Below the pieces are notes generated by a model. It did no database searches. It was not told the DNA's origin and saw only the letters and a program-made list of their open reading frames with translations. A stretch of 64,000 nucleotides of DNA from a bacterium (GTDB lineage: Bacteria > Acidobacteriota > Aminicenantia > Aminicenantales > Aminicenantaceae), in NCBI GenBank assembly GCA_018335295.1, contig JAGXKI010000002.1, forward strand, positions 2,643 to 66,642, given 5' to 3'. Numbering within the stretch: position 1 is the stretch's first letter; every line of letters begins with the position of its first letter. A program made the position numbers and the translations under genes. Shown one piece after another: positions 56,526 through 64,000 of the stretch.

Positions 56526-56799
56526 ATCTGATTTAGTTTTATTTATTTTTTTTCTAGAAAGTCATATTTATTCTACAGATCTTTTTTTTCTACCCCCAGA
56601 TTTTTTCAGATGGATGGACCTTTTCCCTTTCAGGCTGGGGCTTTCAATCCCACAGGAATTAGAGTTGTTCGTGCTTTTTTTTCTTAGAGAAAAGCCTTTT
56701 AATCTCTACCCTGGCTTCTTTTATTCCCCTCCACGAGCCTTTTCCCAGATAAATGAGGCTCGAAAACCCGGTGAAGGTCTCGTTTCCGTTCGATGGGAG

Positions 56800-58164
56800 T
56801 TATTTTTTGGCGTCTGGGTCCACGATGAATTTTTCTTTCATCATAGTCTGGACCTCATCTCTTGCTTTTTTTATGATCGATTCAGCCTGTTTAAACCTTT
56901 CTTCTTCTGATAAATTAATCCTGGCTACCCCCTGTTCGATTCCTTTGGTTCCTACAGCCACAGCCTCTCTGGGGAATACCTCCCATTGGTCCATACTGGG
57001 AACGATATATTCCTCGTTAAGTCCGTTATCTTCAGCGACTTTTGCCAATTCCTCAGCGGCTCGAATGCACATCTCATCGGTGATTTTTCTGGCTCTAATA
57101 TCCAGAGCTCCTCTGAAAATTCCAGGGAATCCCAGGGAGTTGTTTACCTGATTTGCAAAATCGGATCGTCCCGTAGCTACAATTCTGGCCCCGGCTTCTT
57201 TAGCTTCCCACGGCCATATTTCTGGAATGGGATTGGCTTCAGCAAAAACGATGGCGTCATCCGCCATTTGTTCAACCCATTCCTTTTTGATCACTCCGGG
57301 TCCTGGCTTGGAAGCAGATATAACCACATCGGCTCCCTCCATGGCTTCTTTGATATCTCCTCTAATTCTTTGTGGGTTTGTGGTTTTACATAGATTCCAT
57401 TTTTGTTTGTACTTTTCTTTTAAAGTTTCCCTGTCTTCTCTATCTTCTCTTAAAATTCCTTTGGAATCCACAGCAATGATATTTTTAGATTTAACACCAA
57501 CCAGTCCGATAAGTCGGGCGATGGCAATATTGGCGGCTCCCGCTCCGATTAAAGCTACCCGGATATCTTCCATCTTTTTGTTAACAATCTTTACGGCATT
57601 CAACAATCCAGCCACAGTGACACAGGCTGTTCCTTGCTGATCGTCATGCCAGGCAGGAATTTCCATCTCTTCTCTCAAAGTATCCAGCACTTTAAAACAT
57701 TTGGGGTGGGCAATATCTTCAAGATTAACTCCCCCAAAAGTAGGCTGAATCCACTTCACAGCCTTGATGAGATCATCAGGGTCCGAGGCGTTCAGACAGA
57801 TAGGAAAGGCATCCACACCCCCCAAGTATTTGTAAAGAAGGGCTTTGCCTTCCATTACGGGCAAACCCGCTTCAGGTCCAATATTGCCCAGCCCTAAAAC
57901 TCTGGACCCGTCGGAAACCACAGCCACGAAATTCCATTTATTGGTCATTTCATAAGCTTTTTCCTTGTTCTTTTGGATTTCCTTACAAGGGGATGCGACA
58001 CCGGGCGTATACCAAATCGCAAAATCATTAAAATCTCTTATGCGGCATTTAGGTATGACTTCGATTTTTCCTCTATAATAGGGATGAAGACGCATGGCAT
58101 CTTGAGAAGGTTCCTCCGCCTTGGCTAATAAATCTTCCACTGTGACTTCTTTCACATCTTTCAT
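56800..58164 (-). CDS. NAD(P)-dependent malic enzyme
   Basis: Malic-enzyme N-terminal and NAD-binding domains (VYTPGVA, GLGNIGP...GLPVMEGKALL, GAGAANIA). Confidence 0.85.
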   Translation of the reverse strand: MKDVKEVTVEDLLAKAEEPSQDAMRLHPYYRGKIEVIPKCRIRDFNDFAIWYTPGVASPCKEIQKNKEKAYEMTNKWNFVAVVSDGSRVLGLGNIGPEAGLPVMEGKALLYKYLGGVDAFPICLNASDPDDLIKAVKWIQPTFGGVNLEDIAHPKCFKVLDTLREEMEIPAWHDDQQGTACVTVAGLLNAVKIVNKKMEDIRVALIGAGAANIAIARLIGLVGVKSKNIIAVDSKGILREDREDRETLKEKYKQKWNLCKTTNPQRIRGDIKEAMEGADVVISASKPGPGVIKKEWVEQMADDAIVFAEANPIPEIWPWEAKEAGARIVATGRSDFANQVNNSLGFPGIFRGALDIRARKITDEMCIRAAEELAKVAEDNGLNEEYIVPSMDQWEVFPREAVAVGTKGIEQGVARINLSEEERFKQAESIIKKARDEVQTMMKEKFIVDPDAKK

Positions 58165-58320
58165 AAATATCCTCCTTAGGTGAATGGCATTCCGGCCATC
58201 CTTTTTATTAAATTTTATTATAAAACATATAAATCTGAATAAAATGGCTATTATTATAGCTTCATTCTACATAAAGTCAACAGATTGACATTCATAATTT
58301 CAATTGAGTATTTACTCTTC

Positions 58321-59403
58321 TTATCTGTGTAAAAAACTCCTTTCACTATCAGTTTCTCCTGATCTTTTGGTAGCAATCATAGCCAAATTGGAGTCATTGG
58401 CTCTTTCAATAACTTCTTGATCTCTTATGGACCCCAACGGATATATAATGGCTGTGATCCCTTCTTTGGCTGCCAGCTCCACAACGTCTGGAAAAGGCAT
58501 GAACGCATCCGATGCCATCACACATCCTTGAGCTCCATGACCTCTTTTGGAAAACCGAATGGCATCCTCGGTCGCATCGATTCGACTCCGCTGACCTGAA
58601 CCAACCCCATGAATCTTTTCTTTACTTCCGATAACAATAGCATTGGAACGGGTAAAACAGACTACATTCCAGTTGAACACGGCTGCTTCCAGTTCATCTG
58701 GAGTGGCCTTTCTTTGAGAAACCACATCCACCGAATCCGAAGAGGTGATTTTGGAATCAAATCTTTGCTGGACCAAAAGCCCTCCAGTGACCCGCTTAAA
58801 CTCCAAGCCATTGTCCTGACTGGGTTCCTGGCAGTAACTCCCCATTTTCACCGCCCGAAGAGACCTCCTGGAGGAAAAAATTTCCAGTGCCTGGGAAGAA
58901 ATATCCGGAGCGTACACCACTTCCACGTTCCGCCCCTTTTCCACAATCCGTTGAGCCAATTCTTCTTCAATTTTAAAGTTAAACACATCTACACTTCCGA
59001 AATTAGAAAGGGGGTCACTTCTCCATGCGTTCTCAAATACATTGACAGGGTTTTCACCTCTCGCCACTCCACTGGGAACCTCATGTTTAACCAGAACACA
59101 TATTGATTGATCCTTGTAAATTCGAGACAGTTTTCTCACCAACCTCTGCCCTAGATCCATATCCGCAACGTTTATATAGCTGAGGCCTTTGGTTCCTTCT
59201 TTAATCACCTCCATGGTGGCCATATTGGGGCCTTTGGCCCCATCTTCAGCGTAAAAACCCGCTGGATAACCGGGATTCTCTCCGTATCTCATGGAAAGTT
59301 TTTTTCTAAACTTTTTTTGTCCAAAATCCATGCTTTCCGGAAATTCTTCCTTCACCTGGGTACGGTATTGTTTTCTTGTGACCTTTCCCGGTTTTTTCAT
59401 CAT
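58321..59403 (-). CDS. purH: AICAR formyltransferase domain protein (PurH C-terminal domain only)
   Basis: RYGENP signature at residues 39-44, then the AICARFT fold. No N-terminal MGS-like IMP cyclohydrolase domain. Confidence 0.7.
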   Translation of the reverse strand: MMKKPGKVTRKQYRTQVKEEFPESMDFGQKKFRKKLSMRYGENPGYPAGFYAEDGAKGPNMATMEVIKEGTKGLSYINVADMDLGQRLVRKLSRIYKDQSICVLVKHEVPSGVARGENPVNVFENAWRSDPLSNFGSVDVFNFKIEEELAQRIVEKGRNVEVVYAPDISSQALEIFSSRRSLRAVKMGSYCQEPSQDNGLEFKRVTGGLLVQQRFDSKITSSDSVDVVSQRKATPDELEAAVFNWNVVCFTRSNAIVIGSKEKIHGVGSGQRSRIDATEDAIRFSKRGHGAQGCVMASDAFMPFPDVVELAAKEGITAIIYPLGSIRDQEVIERANDSNLAMIATKRSGETDSERSFLHR

Positions 59404-60140
59404 TCTCCCCTCCTATCACATCGATTGATAATAGAAAAGCTGTACTGGGAAGATTGAACATCCCGACAATACACGCAGACCACGCTCACTCGATAATCTT
59501 CCTTTCCACTGGAAGGCCCCAACGCCTCATATATCTCCTGGGCTGCCTTCTCGGGATTGGGCTGACTCACCTTGACCTCCCAGGGCTCTCCTTCAAAAGA
59601 AGGGAGTGGATTTTGATTTTTCCCCTTATAAGTGGCCACCATTTTTCCTGTTCCCCGCCTCAACGGAAATTCAAAGTAATTTCTCATAGAATTTCCATCT
59701 GAAGCCCTTTTGATGAGACCGAGAGCTCCTCTATGAGAAGATAAAACGACTCCACTGATCCGGGAGGTAAAATGGGGAGGATCCGGTTCATAATCCCACT
59801 GACTCAATCCCGAAATTAAAGCCGCAGCTGGATTTTGATACCTTCCTAGGGGCTCTAGGATATCCCGGGTATGAAGCCCATTACTGGCCGCGATCCCTTT
59901 ACGCATACACAAAGCCGGATAGACCAATAAGCTTTCCTTTCCCTTATTTAAGGATTTTTGACCTGCTGGCTTGACATAGAAATCTCCACCCTCATGATCA
60001 ATCCTCCGACCCTGGCTGGAGGAAGATCGTCCGGTAACGGCATAAATCACCACCACATTTTGGCCGGATTTATCTTTCCCCAATAGGACAATGCGTCCTA
60101 AATATTCCCGAGAAAATAGATTAACAAAGTGATTATTCAT
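59400..60140 (-). CDS. purO: Archaeal-type IMP cyclohydrolase PurO-like protein
   Basis: YLGRIVLLGKDKSG...VIYAV.GRS...ASNGLHTRDI resembles the PurO N-terminal pattern as I recall it. Translationally coupled (ATGA) to the AICARFT gene. Confidence 0.5.
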   Translation of the reverse strand: MNNHFVNLFSREYLGRIVLLGKDKSGQNVVVIYAVTGRSSSSQGRRIDHEGGDFYVKPAGQKSLNKGKESLLVYPALCMRKGIAASNGLHTRDILEPLGRYQNPAAALISGLSQWDYEPDPPHFTSRISGVVLSSHRGALGLIKRASDGNSMRNYFEFPLRRGTGKMVATYKGKNQNPLPSFEGEPWEVKVSQPNPEKAAQEIYEALGPSSGKEDYRVSVVCVYCRDVQSSQYSFSIINRCDRRGE

Positions 60141-60284
60141 GATTAAATTAAATGATGATCATGGATGATATTCATTGATAACATAGGAGGATATCTAAGT
60201 CAACTTCTCATCAGTTGACTTCATAAACCTTGTGTTTCACTTCAAATTTAGATAGACTGTCTTTTTGAATCCTACGGAAGGGAA

Positions 60285-61022
60285 GTGGCCATGAATAATA
60301 AAGAAGATCCCCCTGATAAGTCTTACGAAAATCTTCAATTTCTTCATTCTCCAGAAGCCCGAACCATCCGGATCCTCAGCGAATACATTGAGCCTCTCTC
60401 CCGGTTGAGAAAGAACAAAGTCAACAATACGGTGCTCTTTTTCGGCTCTTCTCAGGTGAACCCGAATGATAAAAATTCTCCTTTAATCAAATATTATTGG
60501 GAAGCTGAGGAACTCGCTTACCAATTGGCCCGATGGGCTATTCAACTGAAACCCAAAGGAAAAAATTTTGTTATCTGTACAGGGGGAGGGCCTGGTTTAA
60601 TGGAAGCCGCTAACCGGGGAGCTTCGCGAGCTGGAGGAAAATCCATGGGGATGAATATCTCTCTTCCTCATGAACAAAAACCCAACCCTTATATATCTCC
60701 GGAATTAAGCTTCGTCTTCCATTATTTTTTCATGAGAAAATTCTGGCTGGCTTATAAAGCCAAAGCCATAATTGCTTTCCCTGGAGGATTCGGCACCCTG
60801 GATGAAGTTCTGGAAATACTGACTCTCAGACAGACCCATAAGTTCCAGGAACCTGTGATGATTATTCTTTATGGAAAAGAATTCTGGGAAAAGGTTTTGA
60901 ATTTCAACTCTTTACTGAAATACGGCTGCATCGATGAACAAGATAAAAATCTTTTCCATTACTGCTCCAATCCTCAAGAAACTTTTTCTCTTCTCAAGAA
61001 AAACTTGACTCGATTTCTGTGA
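60285..61022 (+). CDS. LOG-family (TIGR00730-type) Rossmann-fold nucleotide-binding protein
   Basis: GGGPGLMEAANRGA and PGGFGTLDE motifs. Confidence 0.75.
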   Translation: MAMNNKEDPPDKSYENLQFLHSPEARTIRILSEYIEPLSRLRKNKVNNTVLFFGSSQVNPNDKNSPLIKYYWEAEELAYQLARWAIQLKPKGKNFVICTGGGPGLMEAANRGASRAGGKSMGMNISLPHEQKPNPYISPELSFVFHYFFMRKFWLAYKAKAIIAFPGGFGTLDEVLEILTLRQTHKFQEPVMIILYGKEFWEKVLNFNSLLKYGCIDEQDKNLFHYCSNPQETFSLLKKNLTRFL

Positions 61023-61031
61023 GAGCTGCTT

Positions 61032-61685
61032 TTGGAGCCTGTGATGAGGAAAAAAAACCTTAATATAAAGCCCCTCTTATGCCTAGGAGGGTTGATTTTT
61101 ATTCTTTCTTCCTGTGCTTCTCTCCCTCCGAGAGGTTCTCCCAAAACTCAAACCGGCCTGGCTTCCTGGTATGGAGCTCCCTTTCATGGAAAAACCACTT
61201 CCAGTAAGGAAATATACAACATGTATGACCTCACAGCCGCCCATCGAACTCTTCCCTTTGGAACTATGGTTATGGTAACAAACCTGAAAAATGGAAAGTC
61301 AGTTTCTGTTCGAATTAATGACCGCGGTCCGTTTGTCAAAGGACGAGTCATTGACCTTTCTTACGCCGCAGCTCGAATACTGAACATGGTTGGCCCCGGT
61401 GTGGTCCCGGTGAAAGTGGAAGTCCTCGGAAACATACAGTCGCATCCATCTACCCCAAAATACTGTGTCCAGGTTGGAGCCTTTATTTATAAAAAAAATG
61501 CTCTAAGCTTGCGGAAAAAAATCCGTAAGTATTTCAACGATGTATACATGACGGTGTATAAAACTCCTCAGGAGAAATATTACAGAGTTCGAATCAAAGC
61601 CTCAACCAAGAAAAGAGCTCAACATATTGCCCGCGAACTTACTCTCCACGGATACACAGCTCTGGTGTTAGAAGAACGGAATTAA
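61032..61685 (+). CDS. rlpA: Septal ring lytic transglycosylase RlpA-family (DPBB domain plus C-terminal SPOR)
   Basis: Lipoprotein signal (ILSSCAS). DPBB motifs (ASWYG...[27 protein letters not shown]). SPOR-like C-terminus. Confidence 0.8.
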   Translation: MEPVMRKKNLNIKPLLCLGGLIFILSSCASLPPRGSPKTQTGLASWYGAPFHGKTTSSKEIYNMYDLTAAHRTLPFGTMVMVTNLKNGKSVSVRINDRGPFVKGRVIDLSYAAARILNMVGPGVVPVKVEVLGNIQSHPSTPKYCVQVGAFIYKKNALSLRKKIRKYFNDVYMTVYKTPQEKYYRVRIKASTKKRAQHIARELTLHGYTALVLEERN

Positions 61686-61729
61686 AACCAAAATTTTTGT
61701 AAATAGTATTATTTGACGTTCCTAGACTC

Positions 61730-62422
61730 ATGAGCGAAGGATTAAAAAAAATTTACCCCCATCTTGCTCCCACCTACGAACTCATCAACCATCTTTTAAC
61801 TTTAGGTCTGGACATAAGATGGCGCAAAAAAGCGGTCCAGGAAGCGGCCCGGACAAAAGGTCACCTCTGGCTGGATATGTGTTCAGGAACAGGAGAAATG
61901 GCCCAACTCTTATCTCAAAAAGCTCCCAAGGGAGTTTCCATTATAAGTTCAGATTTTTGTCTCCCCATGCTCCAGAGAGCTTTTCATAAAAAATACAGTT
62001 CTCTGGTTTACTTCGCTCTTTCTCAAGCCAATCAGCTCCCCTTTCCAGACAATTCTTTAGACCTGATTACCATCTCTTTTGCGACGCGGAATCTCTCTCC
62101 CAGCCGAACTCTTTTGAATGCTCATTTCCAGGAAATCTACCGGATTCTTAAACCCGGAGGCCGGCTTGTGAATTTAGAGACAAGTCAACCCTCTTCTTGG
62201 TCTATCCGCAGGCTCTTTCATTTCTACATCCGATTGACTGTAATCCCCATTGGCACCTTTCTCTCCGGCTCCAAACCCGGCTATAAATACCTTTCTTCTT
62301 CCATTCCCCGGTTTTATTCTCCAGATGAATTCCAGGCTGTTCTCTATCAACAAGGTTTCAAACGGGTGAAATACAAATCCTTCTTTTGGGGAACCACCGC
62401 CCTTCACATAGCTGAGAAATGA
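61730..62422 (+). CDS. Class I SAM-dependent methyltransferase (UbiE/MenG-like)
   Basis: LDMCSGTGEMAQ SAM-binding motif I and the overall UbiE-like layout. Confidence 0.7.
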   Translation: MSEGLKKIYPHLAPTYELINHLLTLGLDIRWRKKAVQEAARTKGHLWLDMCSGTGEMAQLLSQKAPKGVSIISSDFCLPMLQRAFHKKYSSLVYFALSQANQLPFPDNSLDLITISFATRNLSPSRTLLNAHFQEIYRILKPGGRLVNLETSQPSSWSIRRLFHFYIRLTVIPIGTFLSGSKPGYKYLSSSIPRFYSPDEFQAVLYQQGFKRVKYKSFFWGTTALHIAEK

Positions 62423-62586
62423 TTGTAGAGAGCTCCCCGATTTTGTATCATATAAACCCTCGATTTCGTTCTGGTTATCGAGAAAGTAAAAACAATATCC
62501 TAGGCTCCCTCGGGGGCAAAAGGACAAGAAGGCTGAGGAATCCTCATAAATAGGGAGAAAATCTTTTAAAAACAAAGGAGAGTGCA

Positions 62587-63396
62587 ATGAAAAAAGCTTG
62601 GGAAGACATCATCGAAATGCCCGTCAAAGGAAGAACGGAAAAACCCAGGAATTCAGGTGTAACCATGGTAATCGATAAAGGCATGGGATTCAACCGACTT
62701 CAAGACCTCATCCAAAGCGCTGGAGATTACATTGATATCATCAAATTGACCTTTGGGACTTCAGCTTTCCATAATGAAGATTTTTTAAAAGAGAAAAACA
62801 AACTCATCACCTCTTCCTATATAGATGTGATGCCCGGAGGCACCTTTTTGGAAGTGGCGGTATGGCAAAAAAGCCTGGAGAAATACCTGGATAGAGCCCA
62901 AGAATTAGGTTTCTCTGCCATTGAAATATCTGACGGGACCATAGAGATGGGGGCACCGGTCCGGAAGAAAATAATAAAAAAATCTTTGGATAGGGAGTTC
63001 AAAGTCATCACCGAAGTAGGAAAAAAAGACCCTCAAGAAGCCCTCCCTTTTGATGTGGTTCATAATCTGGTTAAAGAAGACCGGGAAACTGGGGCTTTTA
63101 AGGTCATCGTGGAAGCTAGGGAAGCTGGGAAAGGTGTGGGAATTTATGACAAAGAGGGAAAAGTTAAAGATGATGAGATCGAAAACATCATAGCTGGAAT
63201 CAAGGATGTCAATGACTTGATTTGGGAAGCTCCCATCAAGAATCAGCAGCAAACCCTCATCATGAGGTGGGGACCTAATGTGAACCTGGGAAACATACCC
63301 CCTGATGATATTCTCGCTTTAGAAGCCCTCAGACAAGGAGTTCGAGGGGACACCCTCAAAAAGGCCTATTTAGCTGACAAAGAATGGAACAAGTAG
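62587..63396 (+). CDS. Phosphosulfolactate synthase (ComA) family protein
   Basis: RTEKPRNSGVTMVIDKG...DIIKLTFGTS matches the ComA family N-terminal pattern. Confidence 0.7.
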   Translation: MKKAWEDIIEMPVKGRTEKPRNSGVTMVIDKGMGFNRLQDLIQSAGDYIDIIKLTFGTSAFHNEDFLKEKNKLITSSYIDVMPGGTFLEVAVWQKSLEKYLDRAQELGFSAIEISDGTIEMGAPVRKKIIKKSLDREFKVITEVGKKDPQEALPFDVVHNLVKEDRETGAFKVIVEAREAGKGVGIYDKEGKVKDDEIENIIAGIKDVNDLIWEAPIKNQQQTLIMRWGPNVNLGNIPPDDILALEALRQGVRGDTLKKAYLADKEWNK

Positions 63397-63405
63397 AAAG
63401 AGCTC

Positions 63406-63996
63406 TTATTGACTTTTCTTTTCGAGAAGCAGTATGGTGACCGTGTGCTCACCAGAAGGAACCTTGAATTTTTTTCTGTTTCCTTTAAAAATCTCTTGGG
63501 CTTGTCCATCTATAAAAATTTGATATTTTCCCTTAGTTAAAAACCAAACTTTAACCTTCCGGGATTCCAGAGCTTTCATTTCAAATGAAACTTCTTCCTC
63601 AGAATAAAGGAAATGGCGGAATACCGCCGCTCCGTTGCATTTAAGGATAAGGTCTCCCTCTTCTTTGAGTTTAATTTTCGATGAAGAGACCATGACCTCA
63701 TAATGCCGGCCTTGGATGGAAACCCGGGAAAGCTTTCCTTTATCACTGGGACTGATCCTCCCGAACCGGAATCCTTCCCAAGGAGTGAAATCCAAATACT
63801 CCTCAACTCCCATAAGAGATAAAAGAGGCCCCCAGCTCTGATATCTCTGTCCCCCTGCTTCACCGGTTTGGGCATTGAAATTTTCGGGACAAATCTGGAA
63901 ATTTTTCCAAGTCCTGAGGAACAAAGATGTGCTTTTTTTGGCAAACTCGGAGGCCACTCCATCGAAATGGTAAGCCTTGAGCCCTTCATAAACCAT
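63406..63996 (-). CDS. Hypothetical protein, possibly the C-terminal part of a larger gene continuing past the window end
   Basis: ORF is open to the window edge (codon TAT precedes the first Met). Confidence 0.3.
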   Translation of the reverse strand: MVYEGLKAYHFDGVASEFAKKSTSLFLRTWKNFQICPENFNAQTGEAGGQRYQSWGPLLSLMGVEEYLDFTPWEGFRFGRISPSDKGKLSRVSIQGRHYEVMVSSSKIKLKEEGDLILKCNGAAVFRHFLYSEEEVSFEMKALESRKVKVWFLTKGKYQIFIDGQAQEIFKGNRKKFKVPSGEHTVTILLLEKKSQ

Positions 63997-64000
63997 ATAG

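Noticed and set aside
56690-56760. Hairpins (gagcct...aggctc, and agag...tctct) downstream of the malic enzyme gene considered as terminators.
   Set aside because: No T-run follows on the relevant strand.
56614-57151. Plus-strand ORFs (98 and 132 aa) overlapping the dnaK-upstream region and the malic enzyme gene.
   Set aside because: They overlap the well-supported malic enzyme on the opposite strand. No motifs. They start in a T-rich spacer.
1-64000. CRISPR arrays, rRNA genes, additional tRNAs, integrase or transposase genes.
   Set aside because: No spacer-repeat periodicity, no rRNA-like conserved blocks and no recognisable recombinase ORFs were seen. Only one tRNA (Asn) folds convincingly.

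Overview
This 64 kb window is bacterial chromosomal DNA with dense, mostly minus-strand coding and no rRNA or CRISPR. By eye it is roughly mid-GC except for one clearly AT-rich segment at about 5.3-10.8 kb.

Confidently recognised content:
- the C-terminal end of a histidine kinase followed by an OmpR-type response regulator;
- a long co-directional block (32.9 kb down to 17.4 kb) carrying split lysine-ketoglutarate reductase and saccharopine dehydrogenase genes, a Memo-family protein, hrcA-grpE-dnaK(short)-dnaJ, rsmE, a Ser/Thr kinase, ilvE, pilT, alaS and a lytic transglycosylase;
- cysS and yraN;
- several secreted peptidases (M14, S9, trypsin-TPR fusion, D-aminoacylase-like amidohydrolase);
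- cstA and tRNA-Asn(GTT);
- a second, tightly coupled chaperone operon dnaK-dnaJ-hspR-like-sigma70-DnaC/DnaI-like ATPase, with a HAIR-like inverted repeat upstream;
- malic enzyme, a split purH (AICARFT-only) with a purO-like gene, a LOG-family protein, rlpA, a UbiE-like methyltransferase and a ComA-family phosphosulfolactate synthase.

Accessory-looking region (5.3-10.8 kb): a higB-higA toxin-antitoxin pair bracketed by roughly 40-bp direct repeats, a 1.3 kb ORF-free AT-rich tract containing DnaA-box-like 9-mers, and an AT-rich parA-parB pair with a perfect 16-bp palindrome upstream.

Other unexplained structure: a MITE-like element with terminal inverted repeats (one complete and one partial copy), a recurring ATGAATTCAATCTT motif upstream of minus-strand genes, two arrays of 9-bp tandem repeats between convergent peptidase genes, and a (GAA)14 coding microsatellite in the hspR-like gene.

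The candidates I rank highest for novelty are (i) an Ord-like amine dehydrogenase paired with a GSAM-like PLP aminomutase, (ii) the chaperone-HspR-sigma-helicase-loader operon, and (iii) the possible ori/partition island. All functional calls come from reading the translated ORFs and remembering family motifs; no database search was possible.
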